NCBI GenBank assembly: GCA_001783335.1
Contig: MFLU01000015.1
Coordinates: 1-56,887 of the forward strand
Length of the DNA stretch: 56,887 bases
Direction of reading: 5' to 3'
Origin: Candidatus Kaiserbacteria bacterium RIFCSPLOWO2_01_FULL_50_24
GTDB taxonomy: Bacteria; Patescibacteriota; Minisyncoccia; Phycocordibacterales; UBA2100
The translations under genes were made by a program, and so were the position numbers. Within the stretch, counting starts at the first letter, position 1, and each line of letters opens with the position of its first letter. Of this stretch, positions 10,037 through 19,309 are shown one piece after another. Below the pieces are notes generated by a model. It was not told the origin of the DNA, made no database searches, and worked only from the letters and a program-made list of their open reading frames with translations.

Positions 10037-10645
10037 ATGAACAGCGAGACATTCCGCGCCGTAGGCAACCGATGCGCCGTTGATTTTGCGGCATTAGAAC
10101 TCCCCTACTCAGCAAAGGAGGCACTCGCCATTCTTGAGAAAGACGGAGTGCGTCCTATTGAGGTAGACATGCTCGCGCTCGCGCGCGAGCGCATCGGGAA
10201 AGCGGTGTATAAACGCGACGCAAAGATGTGCGACGCGCCAGACATTTTCAATTGCTCCACGTTCACCAAGTGGCTCTATACACAAAAAGGCATCTGGCTA
10301 CCACGATATGTTGTGCAACAAAGCGAGTATGGAGTTGCGTTGAAAAAAAGCGATATACGCCCATCTGACCTTTTATTTTTCACCGGAAGCGCCAATCAGT
10401 ATAGAAACAGCGCGGCCGACGGTATTTCTCACGTCGCCACGGCAAGTGCTACGAATACTATAATTCACGCCTCACATCGTGGCATACTGGAAGAGCCGCT
10501 CGCCGAGTACCTCGCCGGCCGCGAGCTAAAAGCAGTACGACGCATTTTGCCGCATGGCAACGTCCGTACACTCCAGATTCCGCCGGGCGTTGAGATAGAA
10601 CAATCCGACGACCTACGTTGGTTCATTCTGGGGCATCTGAAATGA
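10037..10645 (+). CDS. NlpC/P60 (C40) cell-wall peptidase
   Basis: 'FNCSTFTKWLY..GIWLPRYVVQQ..PSDLLFF..ISHVATA..IIHAS' carries the Cys/His signature. The start is placed after the upstream terminator. Confidence 0.7.
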   Translation: MNSETFRAVGNRCAVDFAALELPYSAKEALAILEKDGVRPIEVDMLALARERIGKAVYKRDAKMCDAPDIFNCSTFTKWLYTQKGIWLPRYVVQQSEYGVALKKSDIRPSDLLFFTGSANQYRNSAADGISHVATASATNTIIHASHRGILEEPLAEYLAGRELKAVRRILPHGNVRTLQIPPGVEIEQSDDLRWFILGHLK

Positions 10646-11588
10646 CGAAAGATGTGCCTGTATGTGTCACGACGGAACTTTTGAAAAGCTGTTTGTCGGC
10701 TACAAAAAGCGCACCACCAAGAACGAGTGCAAACATGAGTGCATAGATACTGTGACGCGTGTGTTTTTGGCGCAATTCGTACACAAGGAGGTAGGCAACA
10801 AAGAGAAGTAGAAATATAAGCAACGCTTGATAGGCGTAGCGAAACGATGTTTGCGGCGACGCAACAACGTGCTCCGCAAAAGATGCCTGCGCGGCCGCTT
10901 CGGCTCCCTGCGGCGTAAGCTCTTCCGAAGACACACCGAGTACAACGATTTCGTCCTCACTCTCCGTAGCTCTTTCTATATGTGATTCACTAGATGAGAT
11001 AACGGGTTTTGCTGGCGATACTTCACGTGGTACACCGAACATTTGCACCACGAGGGTGGTTGGCTGACCCTGATACAAACCATACGCCGTTGCAATACCG
11101 ACTTCGGTAAAACGAGTGTCTAAAATGTTTGCACGATGCATTGGCGAAGCAAGCCACGCGCGCTCCACATCAATGGAATCGGAAAATTGAATGGCAAGAT
11201 TTTCTCCCGCAAATTTGTAATCATAGCCGGCTTCGCGTATCCAATCCCATGGCTCCTTGCCATCCGGCCCGTTGTGAGAAAAATAGCCGATACGAGCCAT
11301 GTCGTTTGCCTTCGCCTGTGCCGCGACAATCAACTTTTCGCTCACCCTAAGCTCTACGGCACCATGCGCTCTACGATCACTATTCGCAAGATCGGCAAGC
11401 ACACTCGCCACAACTGCCGCAAAGTTGTTATGGGAAAGTGCGAGATACTGTAACCACGACGCGCCTAGAAGCATGACACTTATCAAAAGACACGCACCGA
11501 GCACCGTACCAGCCATCTGATATGGCACATATGCAGACTTTTTGTGCCGACGCACGTACCTAAACATCTTTTTGGGTTGAAACTTCAC
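10623..11588 (-). CDS. Membrane-anchored CAP/SCP (YkwD-like) domain protein
   Basis: 'AQAKANDMARIGYFSHNGPDGKEPWDWIREAGYDYKFAGENLA...WLASPMHRANIL', with N- and C-terminal TM segments. Confidence 0.75.
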   Translation of the reverse strand: MKFQPKKMFRYVRRHKKSAYVPYQMAGTVLGACLLISVMLLGASWLQYLALSHNNFAAVVASVLADLANSDRRAHGAVELRVSEKLIVAAQAKANDMARIGYFSHNGPDGKEPWDWIREAGYDYKFAGENLAIQFSDSIDVERAWLASPMHRANILDTRFTEVGIATAYGLYQGQPTTLVVQMFGVPREVSPAKPVISSSESHIERATESEDEIVVLGVSSEELTPQGAEAAAQASFAEHVVASPQTSFRYAYQALLIFLLLFVAYLLVYELRQKHTRHSIYALMFALVLGGALFVADKQLFKSSVVTHTGTSFVISDAPE

Positions 11589-11743
11589 CTATGCATTATA
11601 GCCCGCACATTTATTGGGGCATCGTTGCGCGGGCACACCTAGAGGATATCGTTATACATGAGTACTCCACCTTGCCGGAGGCGGATAGGTTCTCGTGAGG
11701 CACAACAGGAGAGCTATGCCCCAATAAGTGTGCTGGTTTGCCC

Positions 11744-14707
11744 CTACTTACCGAAACCAAAAAGTCGCTTTATGGCGCCCCAAATACCGCCACCGGAAGA
11801 TGCCTTATCTTCTCGCGAAGCGGCCACCGCGCCCACCTGCGAATCGTCGCTGTCAGTTGTCGGCTGTATCGCATCACTCGGTGTTACCACTTCCTCCTTC
11901 GGCAATACTGCCGTTTCTTCTGCTGATTTCGGTGCGACAGGAACAGAAGCCGGTATGCTCTGACCTCGGTAGCGATCAATAATCGCCTGCTCTTCTGGCG
12001 TGAGCTCAAAAGTGCGCGTGTTGTTGCAGAATACCTCGCTCACTTTCTTGCTTGTGGTGAGATATACAAAACCCGTTGACTTAGCGAGGCCCCATGGGTG
12101 GAGAACGCTCGCCGCATATTTCATTTGGAATGCGTGCACCGCGGCAATCGATGCCTCATCATATACGCCATTCACTTCTATTGCCGCGCCCTCAAAATTG
12201 CGAAGAACTGTTTGTAGCCGTCGCACCTGTTCCTGGTCGTTCTGGCGCCCCGGACGCAAAAAGCCATGGAGATACTGTTCGCAAGCGGCTGCCGATCCAT
12301 CTGTTTCCGTCGTAACGCCGAGCACTTGCCCTTGGGTAGAGCCCCCTCCGAGAGCCGGATTAAGCTGTGTCGCTATAGCACTTCCACCACCTCCACCGCC
12401 GGAAGATGGCGACGTTGAAGGCACAGGGGTTGCCGATGTGCCAAATGAGCTCTCGCCGCTTACCGATTCCGGAGAAGCAGACGAGATGGTGCGGAAGAAG
12501 TAGGTTGTGTCCTCCTCAAGTCCGCCGATAGAAACGCTGTGGCTAGTCACTTTCGTGTCAGTGTCAAACGTGTCTGTGGAAAAGGCGTAGCCGTAGTTCG
12601 GCGCGTCGCCGAGCGTTCCGTGCGACACCGTATCGTACACCACGCGACTCGTACCCGGACGATCCGTAAACCATGTAATCGTTGCGGAGGTTTCATCAAC
12701 ATCCGCCGCCTCCTCACCGGAGATTACCAAAAGCTGATAATTGCCGAACGAAAGTCCCTGTAGCTCACTTTCTGTGCCATGCACCCAGCCCTGATTCATC
12801 ACGCCCTCGTCAAAATCAATTTCGGTGAAAACGTCAAAGAACGAGTCCGTAAAGAGCGGCGCGGGTTCAAGCCCCTCGCGGAATAATAGGTCAACCTCAT
12901 CATCATGTGACTGCGTTGGGTATGTTTTTACCCAACCGTCCAACTCGCCTTCAAACGCCATAAGCCCTTGCTCAAGCGCTTGGTCCAGTCCCTCAAAGCC
13001 GCCGAACCAGTCGGGATTAAGTGGTAAGACAGCTATGCCGTTTGAACCAGTAAGTTGCATCGCGATAATTTCCGTCTGAATGACATCTGTTGGCTGTTGC
13101 GGCTCTTCGCTGTCGTCCTCAGAAGGCGGGTCAATATGCCTCTGCCCAACATGGCGACCAACTGCAACCGGATAATCCGCAACTGGACTCTCGCTTTCAT
13201 CCTGCACGCCGTCTCGGTTAGCATCGTTCCATTTGAATATCTCCACTATCGGCCAGCGCCAGTTTCCGAAGTTGTAGTTATAATAACCATCCTCGCAGTA
13301 ACCCGGTCCTTCATCACATTGATAATCCGGATATTCCTCAATATACACATCGTAGTAATATGGGTCTTCCTCCTCTTCAATAACACCGCCCGGATACGTC
13401 TGCGACCAGCCAAAGCGCTCTTCTTCGGAAATTCTCCACCACCCCTCTTCGCTTGATAGAAATTCAAATGTATATGTACCCTCTTCTGTATCTTCATCCT
13501 CTTCGTTCGTCACAGCGGTTTTTGCTACGCGATCGCCCTCAATGTCCTCAACGAGCTCAACGAACGCATCTTCGCAAACTTGTTCTTCCCCCTCACCTTC
13601 ACAAACCTCTTCTTCATTCATCGGCGTTGCGTAGATTGTCCACCCGGAAAGGCCAGGCTCTTCCTCTTCCTCCTCGCCGTAGTAGTACCATTCTCCGTCT
13701 CTGTTCACATCGTGAAACTTGTACCCATAGAGTTCAATTGTTTCGGCGTTTTCAAAATACACATCTTCCCAATCCTCGCCATTTTCGATGGTGATGTCGT
13801 ATCCGTTTGTGCCAAACTCATCTGCGCACACACCACTTACTTCCGCGTCTTCCGGATAGAGTTGCTGCCAACCATCCTGTGATTCCTCACATACGGAATA
13901 ATCGCCGGAGAAGAGGCCTACAAACTCATAGTATCCTTCTCCATCCGTCTCCGTGTTATACCATTCATCAGCTTCGTGATCGTACAGCCAGATAACCCAT
14001 CCTACGATAACCCATCCTTCATATTCATCTTGATCGTACTTATAGCCGGAGATGGAGCCAAGATTTTCACCGGTTAACAACACGCCGTCTACGCGGAAAT
14101 GTTTGTCGTCCTGGTCTGCATTGTTTCTGAAGCGTAGTCGGAACTCGGTATTATCAAGTGCGTCGGGGAGAGTAAAAGAGCCTTGCGCCGACCAAGAAAC
14201 ATCCTCGCTCATGTCGTGAGACTGAAGCTCCTCCCACCCGCTGATTACATCGCAGTCGCCGCTGCCTGCCCTATATTCAACAATGCCCTCGTCGCCGTCT
14301 TCATTATTTGAATTCGCATCACCCCTCCAATAATATGAAAGTGTGAGATTCCCATACCCTTCCGCATCTACTTCGCGACAGACCCACTCACCAACTTCGT
14401 CGTCTCCATCATAACCAATCTTTGCGAAAAGTCCGCCATTCGGACTCGCCGAATCATTACCGTCTTCTGTGGGAAATTCTGCAATCGTCGTACTGTCTTC
14501 ATCGAGCCCCTCTTCGTCCCAGCCAGGAATTTCGCTGCCACCGAAACCGTCATCACTATCACCGAACGACCCAACCCCTGACGAATGTGTATCATCAATG
14601 AGCGCCTCCGTCTCTGCAAACGCAAATCCTGCGGGAAAACTCATTAGTATTAAACTGGCGATAGTAACAACCGACACTGTTTTGCGGCCAGTCCGAGAAG
14701 CGCGCAT
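11744..14707 (-). CDS. Large acidic surface protein (CNA-B/SdrD-like repeats, FN3-like module, C-terminal PG-binding domain)
   Basis: Signal peptide 'MRASRTGRKTVSVVTIASLILMSFPAGFAFA', 'YGYKFHDVNRDGEW' and 'FKWNDANRDGVQDESE', 'TSATITWFTDRPGTSRVVYD', 'VRRLQTVLRNFEGAAIEVNGVYDEASIAAVHAFQ'. The start is uncertain (14707 or 14743). Confidence 0.7.
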   Translation of the reverse strand: MRASRTGRKTVSVVTIASLILMSFPAGFAFAETEALIDDTHSSGVGSFGDSDDGFGGSEIPGWDEEGLDEDSTTIAEFPTEDGNDSASPNGGLFAKIGYDGDDEVGEWVCREVDAEGYGNLTLSYYWRGDANSNNEDGDEGIVEYRAGSGDCDVISGWEELQSHDMSEDVSWSAQGSFTLPDALDNTEFRLRFRNNADQDDKHFRVDGVLLTGENLGSISGYKYDQDEYEGWVIVGWVIWLYDHEADEWYNTETDGEGYYEFVGLFSGDYSVCEESQDGWQQLYPEDAEVSGVCADEFGTNGYDITIENGEDWEDVYFENAETIELYGYKFHDVNRDGEWYYYGEEEEEEPGLSGWTIYATPMNEEEVCEGEGEEQVCEDAFVELVEDIEGDRVAKTAVTNEEDEDTEEGTYTFEFLSSEEGWWRISEEERFGWSQTYPGGVIEEEEDPYYYDVYIEEYPDYQCDEGPGYCEDGYYNYNFGNWRWPIVEIFKWNDANRDGVQDESESPVADYPVAVGRHVGQRHIDPPSEDDSEEPQQPTDVIQTEIIAMQLTGSNGIAVLPLNPDWFGGFEGLDQALEQGLMAFEGELDGWVKTYPTQSHDDEVDLLFREGLEPAPLFTDSFFDVFTEIDFDEGVMNQGWVHGTESELQGLSFGNYQLLVISGEEAADVDETSATITWFTDRPGTSRVVYDTVSHGTLGDAPNYGYAFSTDTFDTDTKVTSHSVSIGGLEEDTTYFFRTISSASPESVSGESSFGTSATPVPSTSPSSGGGGGGSAIATQLNPALGGGSTQGQVLGVTTETDGSAAACEQYLHGFLRPGRQNDQEQVRRLQTVLRNFEGAAIEVNGVYDEASIAAVHAFQMKYAASVLHPWGLAKSTGFVYLTTSKKVSEVFCNNTRTFELTPEEQAIIDRYRGQSIPASVPVAPKSAEETAVLPKEEVVTPSDAIQPTTDSDDSQVGAVAASREDKASSGGGIWGAIKRLFGFGK

Positions 14708-14857
14708 CCACCAACCGTGAGACAAACCAAGAGAAATAGGCATATTGTTAGTATGTGGCTCTAGTAAGCGATTAATTAAACTGCTAAAAATATGGTGAGA
14801 GTGTACACTATCTTCATGAAAAATGCAAGGTTCCGTTTTTTGTTTGTCGGTAGGCAC

Positions 14858-14867
14858 CTGTTACAAT
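14858..14867 (+). promoter_or_regulatory. Possible extended -10 promoter (TGtTACAAT) for the ABC transporter genes
   Basis: 'tgttacaat' lies about 6-9 nt upstream of the GTG/ATG at 14873/14876. No good -35 element is present. Confidence 0.3.
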
Positions 14868-14875
14868 AGCGTGTG

Positions 14876-15637
14876 ATGACCTATGCGCTCACGATACAAG
14901 AACTCCGAAAAACCTACGCGAGCGGCACGGAGGCGCTTAAGGGCGTATCGCTCACCATTCTGGAGGGCGATTTTTTCGCGCTCCTAGGTCCGAACGGCGC
15001 GGGGAAAACGACCATCATCGGAACCATCGTCAGTTTAGTAAACAAGACAAGCGGCACCGTATCTGTTTTTGGACACGACATTGACCGTGAGCCGGAAAAA
15101 GCGAAACAACAAATAGGCATCGTGCCGCAAGAACTCAATTTTAATATTTTTGAAAAACCGATTGATATTGTAGTAAATCAGGCGGGCTACTACGGTATTC
15201 CGCGAAGCATCGCCATCCCGCGTGCCGAAAAACTCCTCAAAGACCTCGGTATTGGAGACAAAATGTATAGAAAGGCGATGGAACTCTCCGGCGGCATGAA
15301 GCGACGCCTCCTCATTGCCCGCGCGCTCATTCACCAACCGCGCTTTCTCATTTTAGATGAACCGACGGCCGGCGTAGATGTGGAACTTCGTCGCGGCATG
15401 TGGGAATATCTGCGCAATCTCACAAAGGAAGGAATCACCATTCTCCTCACCACGCACTACTTGGAAGAGGCGGAACAGCTTGCCTCACACATCGCCGTCA
15501 TCAACAAAGGCATGATTATCGCCTCCGGCACGCTGGAAGAAATCTTGAAGCTGTATGACGAAAGCGCTACTTTCGGAGGCGGCTACCGTGGAGGCAGGCT
15601 GGAAGAGGTATTTTTGCAACTAACGAAGGAAAAGTAA
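14876..15637 (+). CDS. ABC transporter ATP-binding protein (ABC-2/DrrA-like)
   Basis: Walker A 'GPNGAGKTT', signature 'LSGGMKRRL', Walker B 'ILDEPTAGVD'. Confidence 0.9.
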   Translation: MTYALTIQELRKTYASGTEALKGVSLTILEGDFFALLGPNGAGKTTIIGTIVSLVNKTSGTVSVFGHDIDREPEKAKQQIGIVPQELNFNIFEKPIDIVVNQAGYYGIPRSIAIPRAEKLLKDLGIGDKMYRKAMELSGGMKRRLLIARALIHQPRFLILDEPTAGVDVELRRGMWEYLRNLTKEGITILLTTHYLEEAEQLASHIAVINKGMIIASGTLEEILKLYDESATFGGGYRGGRLEEVFLQLTKEK

Positions 15638-15639
15638 GT

Positions 15640-15890
15640 ATGTTCCAATCTACGAATCACACGAGTGCTACGAATGGCTACGAATTGCAAGAAGCACCAA
15701 ATGAACGCTAAAATTCCAAGCACCAAGCACCAAATTACAAACAATATCTAAATTACAATTACTAAATACCAAACACGACGCACCTGTTTTGTATTTGTGA
15801 TTTTGATAATTTGAATTTATTTGGAATTTGGGATTTGTAATTTGTTATTTTACTCATATTGTAGATTAGTATTTATTCGTAAATTGACGC
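15640..15890. repeat. AT-rich foldback element filling the ATPase-permease spacer
   Basis: The left arm (3x 'ctacgaat', 'ccaaattacaaa..') is mirrored by the right arm ('tttgtaatttg..', 'attcgta'). This is a 250-nt imperfect hairpin. Confidence 0.6.
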
Positions 15891-15892
15891 AT

Positions 15893-16675
15893 ATGAGTCC
15901 TGCTCAACTCTGGATAAGTTTTTACACCATGCTCCGCAAGGACATAGTGCGCATGTTCCGTATCTGGGTGCAAACATTCCTACCGAATGTGATAACCTCC
16001 GTCCTCTATTTCGCCGTGTTCGGCACGATGCTTGGAAGTCGCATCGGCGATATGCAGGGGGTGAGCTATATGCTCTTCGTCGTACCGGGAATCGTCATGC
16101 TTTCAATCGTAACAAGCTCATATGCCAACAGCTCCTTCACCTTCTTCCAGTCGAAATTCTTCATGCGTTCCATTGAGGAAATCCTCGTCTCCCCCACCCC
16201 GTCGTGGCTTCTGGTCGCCGGATTTGCCACGGGCGGCATCGTGCGCGGCGTTATGGTGGGCGCGCTCGTCTTACTTATTTCGCTCTTTTTCACGGGACTC
16301 ACTATCTCGGTATTTAACGCGCTCGTCATTTTCAGCTTTGCGATTCTAACGGCACTTGTATTTTCTCTCGCCGGGCTCGTAAACGGCATTTATGCAAAAA
16401 GTATAGACGCCATCAATATCGTCCCCACATTCGTTTTAACACCGCTTGTGTACCTCGGCGGCGTATTCTATTCGGTTGAGGTTTTGCCAGGATGGTGGCA
16501 TACGTTAACGCTCTTTAATCCGATTTTCTATATCATCAATGGCTTCCGCTACGGCTTTTTAGGTCTAGCCGATGTGCCGCTCGCCACCTGCTTTACCATC
16601 TTGGGCGCTTTCATCGCACTCGGCATTGCTGTGAATTGGTATCTCCTCCGCACCGGGCTTGGATTGCACCAATAG
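15893..16675 (+). CDS. ABC-2 type transporter permease
   Basis: Six hydrophobic segments, adjacent to the ABC ATPase. Start at MSPAQLW. Confidence 0.85.
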   Translation: MSPAQLWISFYTMLRKDIVRMFRIWVQTFLPNVITSVLYFAVFGTMLGSRIGDMQGVSYMLFVVPGIVMLSIVTSSYANSSFTFFQSKFFMRSIEEILVSPTPSWLLVAGFATGGIVRGVMVGALVLLISLFFTGLTISVFNALVIFSFAILTALVFSLAGLVNGIYAKSIDAINIVPTFVLTPLVYLGGVFYSVEVLPGWWHTLTLFNPIFYIINGFRYGFLGLADVPLATCFTILGAFIALGIAVNWYLLRTGLGLHQ

Positions 16676-16685
16676 AGATATATCC

Positions 16686-16708
16686 ATATCGACTTACGAA
16701 GTCGATAT
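16686..16708. repeat. TTACGAA-core palindromic element (copy 1)
   Basis: Perfect 'atatcgactt-acg-aagtcgatat'. Confidence 0.85.
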
Positions 16709-16757
16709 CAAGTACAAACTCCACTGGGTATTGCACACCAATAAAATCAGTCTTAAA

Positions 16758-16805
16758 ACACACACTACACATCTGGGACGGTCGGCCCAGATGTGTAGTG
16801 TGTGT
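16758..16805. terminator. 20-bp perfect hairpin between convergent genes
   Basis: 'acacacactacacatctggg' / 'cccagatgtgtagtgtgtgt' with an 8-nt loop. Confidence 0.5.
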
Positions 16806-16831
16806 ACGTGCGAGAAAATGAACAAAAAAGC

Positions 16832-16854
16832 GGGGCTCCGTTGGTCGGAGCCCC
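16832..16854 (-). terminator. Intrinsic terminator of the M29 aminopeptidase gene
   Basis: 'ggggctccg-ttggt-cggagcccc' with T6 on the minus strand. A nearly identical module lies at 18238-18260. Confidence 0.7.
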
Positions 16855-16860
16855 TTCACA

Positions 16861-18111
16861 TTATGCGAACTGTCTGACCCAGTGCCCCTTCTCAAGAAGA
16901 GGCACTGCGCGGCCTTCGCGAGTAATCGCAACCACATCAACATCTTTGTCGGAAATCATGACATCCAGATGAGTAGCGGAATCATTCCGCCCAAGTTTTG
17001 CAAGCTCTTCCTTGCTCATTTTCTGGCCATTCCGTATCCCCTTGGCATGGCCGCTTCCCGTTGCGATGTGACATGCTGCGTTTTCGGTATAGAGAATTTG
17101 GCGCAGTAGCGTGCTTTCTTTTGCGATAGGAGAATCAAGCCCCACAAGAGCTACTTCACCAAGACGCCGCGCACCTTCGTCGGTATTGATATAGAACTCG
17201 TATGTCTTCCAGCCATTGAGAGCACTTCCGTATGTGATAACGCCATCTTTGAACTCAAGCATGAGATCTTCTACGAGTATGCCAGAGACAATGGTTGGGC
17301 GAGTGATTTTCACCATACCATTCGTTTTACGCCAATCGGGCGTCGTGAACACTTCGAATGAAGGTATGTTTGCCTGAAATCGTTTGCCCTTCGCGGTAAC
17401 TGACGAACCTCCACACCATACTGACTCAGGCGCAAGCCCAACCCTTAGGTCGGTGCCGGGACCGTTGTACTCCAGAAAACGGATTTTGAGCGCATCCAGT
17501 TTTTTTCGACGTTCCAAAAGCAGTGCGCCCATATTTCTCCAACGCTCCAAGCAATCGGGCTGGTCGGCAAACGTCATCCGGAAAATTGCGTCCCAATACT
17601 TCTTATGCGCCTCTTCCAACGACAAGTCTGGATACACCTTTAGTGCTTCTTTGGGACTCGCAGGACACGCAACACACCACGCAACTTTTCCCTGATTAAT
17701 ACCTTCGTCGCGAAACCTTTTCAGCATCTGCGATTCCGCATTTCGGTGTTTAACTGAAAGTTCCGGAATACTATTGAACAAATCGGGCTCCGAATTGGTG
17801 CGTAGGGAAAGAAAACACCCCTCCGAGTCAACTATATTCTCCCGGCGTGAATGTACATACGGGGGAAAGAAGAATTTGTCTGCATCCGAACCGTGAATTA
17901 ATTGTGCATACGTGATACGCGGGCTACTGTATGCAAGATGCACATGCCGCGCGCCAAGCTCATACGCATATTCGCCCACAAGTGTCGCCAACTCTTCGGC
18001 ATACGGACCGAAATTTATCTGTACAAATTCGCCAGGCTCTATGTTGAGGCCGTGTACCGCGAGAATTTTTGCGTAATTCTTCAGCTTCTCGTCAAATGAC
18101 AGCTGCGTCAT
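16861..18111 (-). CDS. M29 family aminopeptidase (AmpS/PepS-like)
   Basis: 'KLKNYAKILAVHGLNIEPGEFVQI' N-terminus, length and overall pattern typical of M29. GGAGAA lies upstream of the start. Confidence 0.8.
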   Translation of the reverse strand: MTQLSFDEKLKNYAKILAVHGLNIEPGEFVQINFGPYAEELATLVGEYAYELGARHVHLAYSSPRITYAQLIHGSDADKFFFPPYVHSRRENIVDSEGCFLSLRTNSEPDLFNSIPELSVKHRNAESQMLKRFRDEGINQGKVAWCVACPASPKEALKVYPDLSLEEAHKKYWDAIFRMTFADQPDCLERWRNMGALLLERRKKLDALKIRFLEYNGPGTDLRVGLAPESVWCGGSSVTAKGKRFQANIPSFEVFTTPDWRKTNGMVKITRPTIVSGILVEDLMLEFKDGVITYGSALNGWKTYEFYINTDEGARRLGEVALVGLDSPIAKESTLLRQILYTENAACHIATGSGHAKGIRNGQKMSKEELAKLGRNDSATHLDVMISDKDVDVVAITREGRAVPLLEKGHWVRQFA

Positions 18112-18173
18112 CGGATTTTCTCCATTTTTGCCAAGCTAGAGCATGTCACATATCTTGCATCACCGCAAGCCCT

Positions 18174-18208
18174 ATATCAACTTACGAAGTCGATATGTAA
18201 GTTGATAT
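18174..18208. repeat. TTACGAA-core palindromic element (copy 2, degenerate/duplicated arm)
   Basis: 'atatcaacttacgaagtcgatat' followed by 'gtaagttgatat'. Confidence 0.75.
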
Positions 18209-18237
18209 GATTGTAAGGGTTGATAATGATAAAAAAA

Positions 18238-18260
18238 GGAGCTCCGTTGGTCGGAGCCCC
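18238..18260 (-). terminator. Intrinsic terminator of the E1 alpha/beta operon
   Basis: 'ggagctccg-ttggt-cggagcccc' with T7 on the minus strand. Confidence 0.65.
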
Positions 18261-18289
18261 TTACATGAGAACACTTGAATTGATTTTAA

Positions 18290-19309
18290 TCATGAGTACT
18301 TGAGTGCGTCGCGCGCCGCCGCGACAATGCGCTCTACGGAAGGAATGTACTGCTTCTCCAGTTGGGAAAGCGGCATTACCGTATCGTAACCGGCAACACA
18401 ATCGGGAGGCGCAAGTAATGCAAGCAAGCAGTGCTTCGCAACACGCTTGATAATCTCCCCGCCGAAGCCGCCAGTGTACGACGCTTCGTGAACGACAACG
18501 ACACGGCCGGTTTTTTTAACCGATTCCAAAATCGTTTTCTCGTCCATGTACTTTAACGTCGCCACGTCAATCACTTCGGCACTCACACCATCCTTTGCCA
18601 ACTCCTCCGCCGCTTGAAGCGTTTCAACGAGCGACGCACCCCAGCTGACGAGTGTAATATCGCTCCCCTCACGAAGCACAAACGCTACATCAAGCGGAAG
18701 TGCCACGCCATCATCCTCCACTTTTTCTCTGCCCAAGCGATACAGTCGCGTCGGCTCAAGAAAAACGACCGGGTCGGGATCCTGTATTGCCGCCAAGAGA
18801 AGACCATAGGCCTTGCGTGGCGACGACGGTATAACCACCCGCAACCCCGGCGTGTGCGCGAAGTATGTTTCCACGCTCTCCGAGTGATGTTCGGGCGCGT
18901 GAATTCCGCCGCCAACCGGCATACGTAGCACCATGGGGCATGTCTTTTCGCCACGTGTACGATTGCGTAAACGCGCCGCGTGATTCACGATATGGTCAAT
19001 CACCGAATACATAAAGCCGCTAAACTGAATTTCCACCACCGACTTCAATCCCTCTACCGCCATACCTACAGCGGCTCCCGCGATAGTGATTTCCGCAAGC
19101 GGTGTATCTATTACTCGCCTATCGCCGAACTCGTTCAAGAGCCCATCGGTCACACGAAACACACCGCCGTTCACGCCGATGTCCTCACCGAGAAGGACAA
19201 CAGTATCGTCGTCCTGCATCGCGCGCGCGAGCGCGCGGTTAAGCGCACCCACCATCGTGAGCTCTTCACCCAGGTCAACAGCACCACCAGTTTCTGCGTT
19301 AAGAACCAT
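18290..19309 (-). CDS. 2-oxoacid (pyruvate/acetoin/branched-chain) dehydrogenase E1 beta subunit
   Basis: Transketolase-like pyrimidine-binding and C-terminal domains ('VVLLGEDIG..GGVFRVT', 'GASLVETLQAAEELAKDGVSAEVID'). GGAGGA SD, 11-nt overlap with the alpha gene. Confidence 0.9.
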   Translation of the reverse strand: MVLNAETGGAVDLGEELTMVGALNRALARAMQDDDTVVLLGEDIGVNGGVFRVTDGLLNEFGDRRVIDTPLAEITIAGAAVGMAVEGLKSVVEIQFSGFMYSVIDHIVNHAARLRNRTRGEKTCPMVLRMPVGGGIHAPEHHSESVETYFAHTPGLRVVIPSSPRKAYGLLLAAIQDPDPVVFLEPTRLYRLGREKVEDDGVALPLDVAFVLREGSDITLVSWGASLVETLQAAEELAKDGVSAEVIDVATLKYMDEKTILESVKKTGRVVVVHEASYTGGFGGEIIKRVAKHCLLALLAPPDCVAGYDTVMPLSQLEKQYIPSVERIVAAARDALKYS

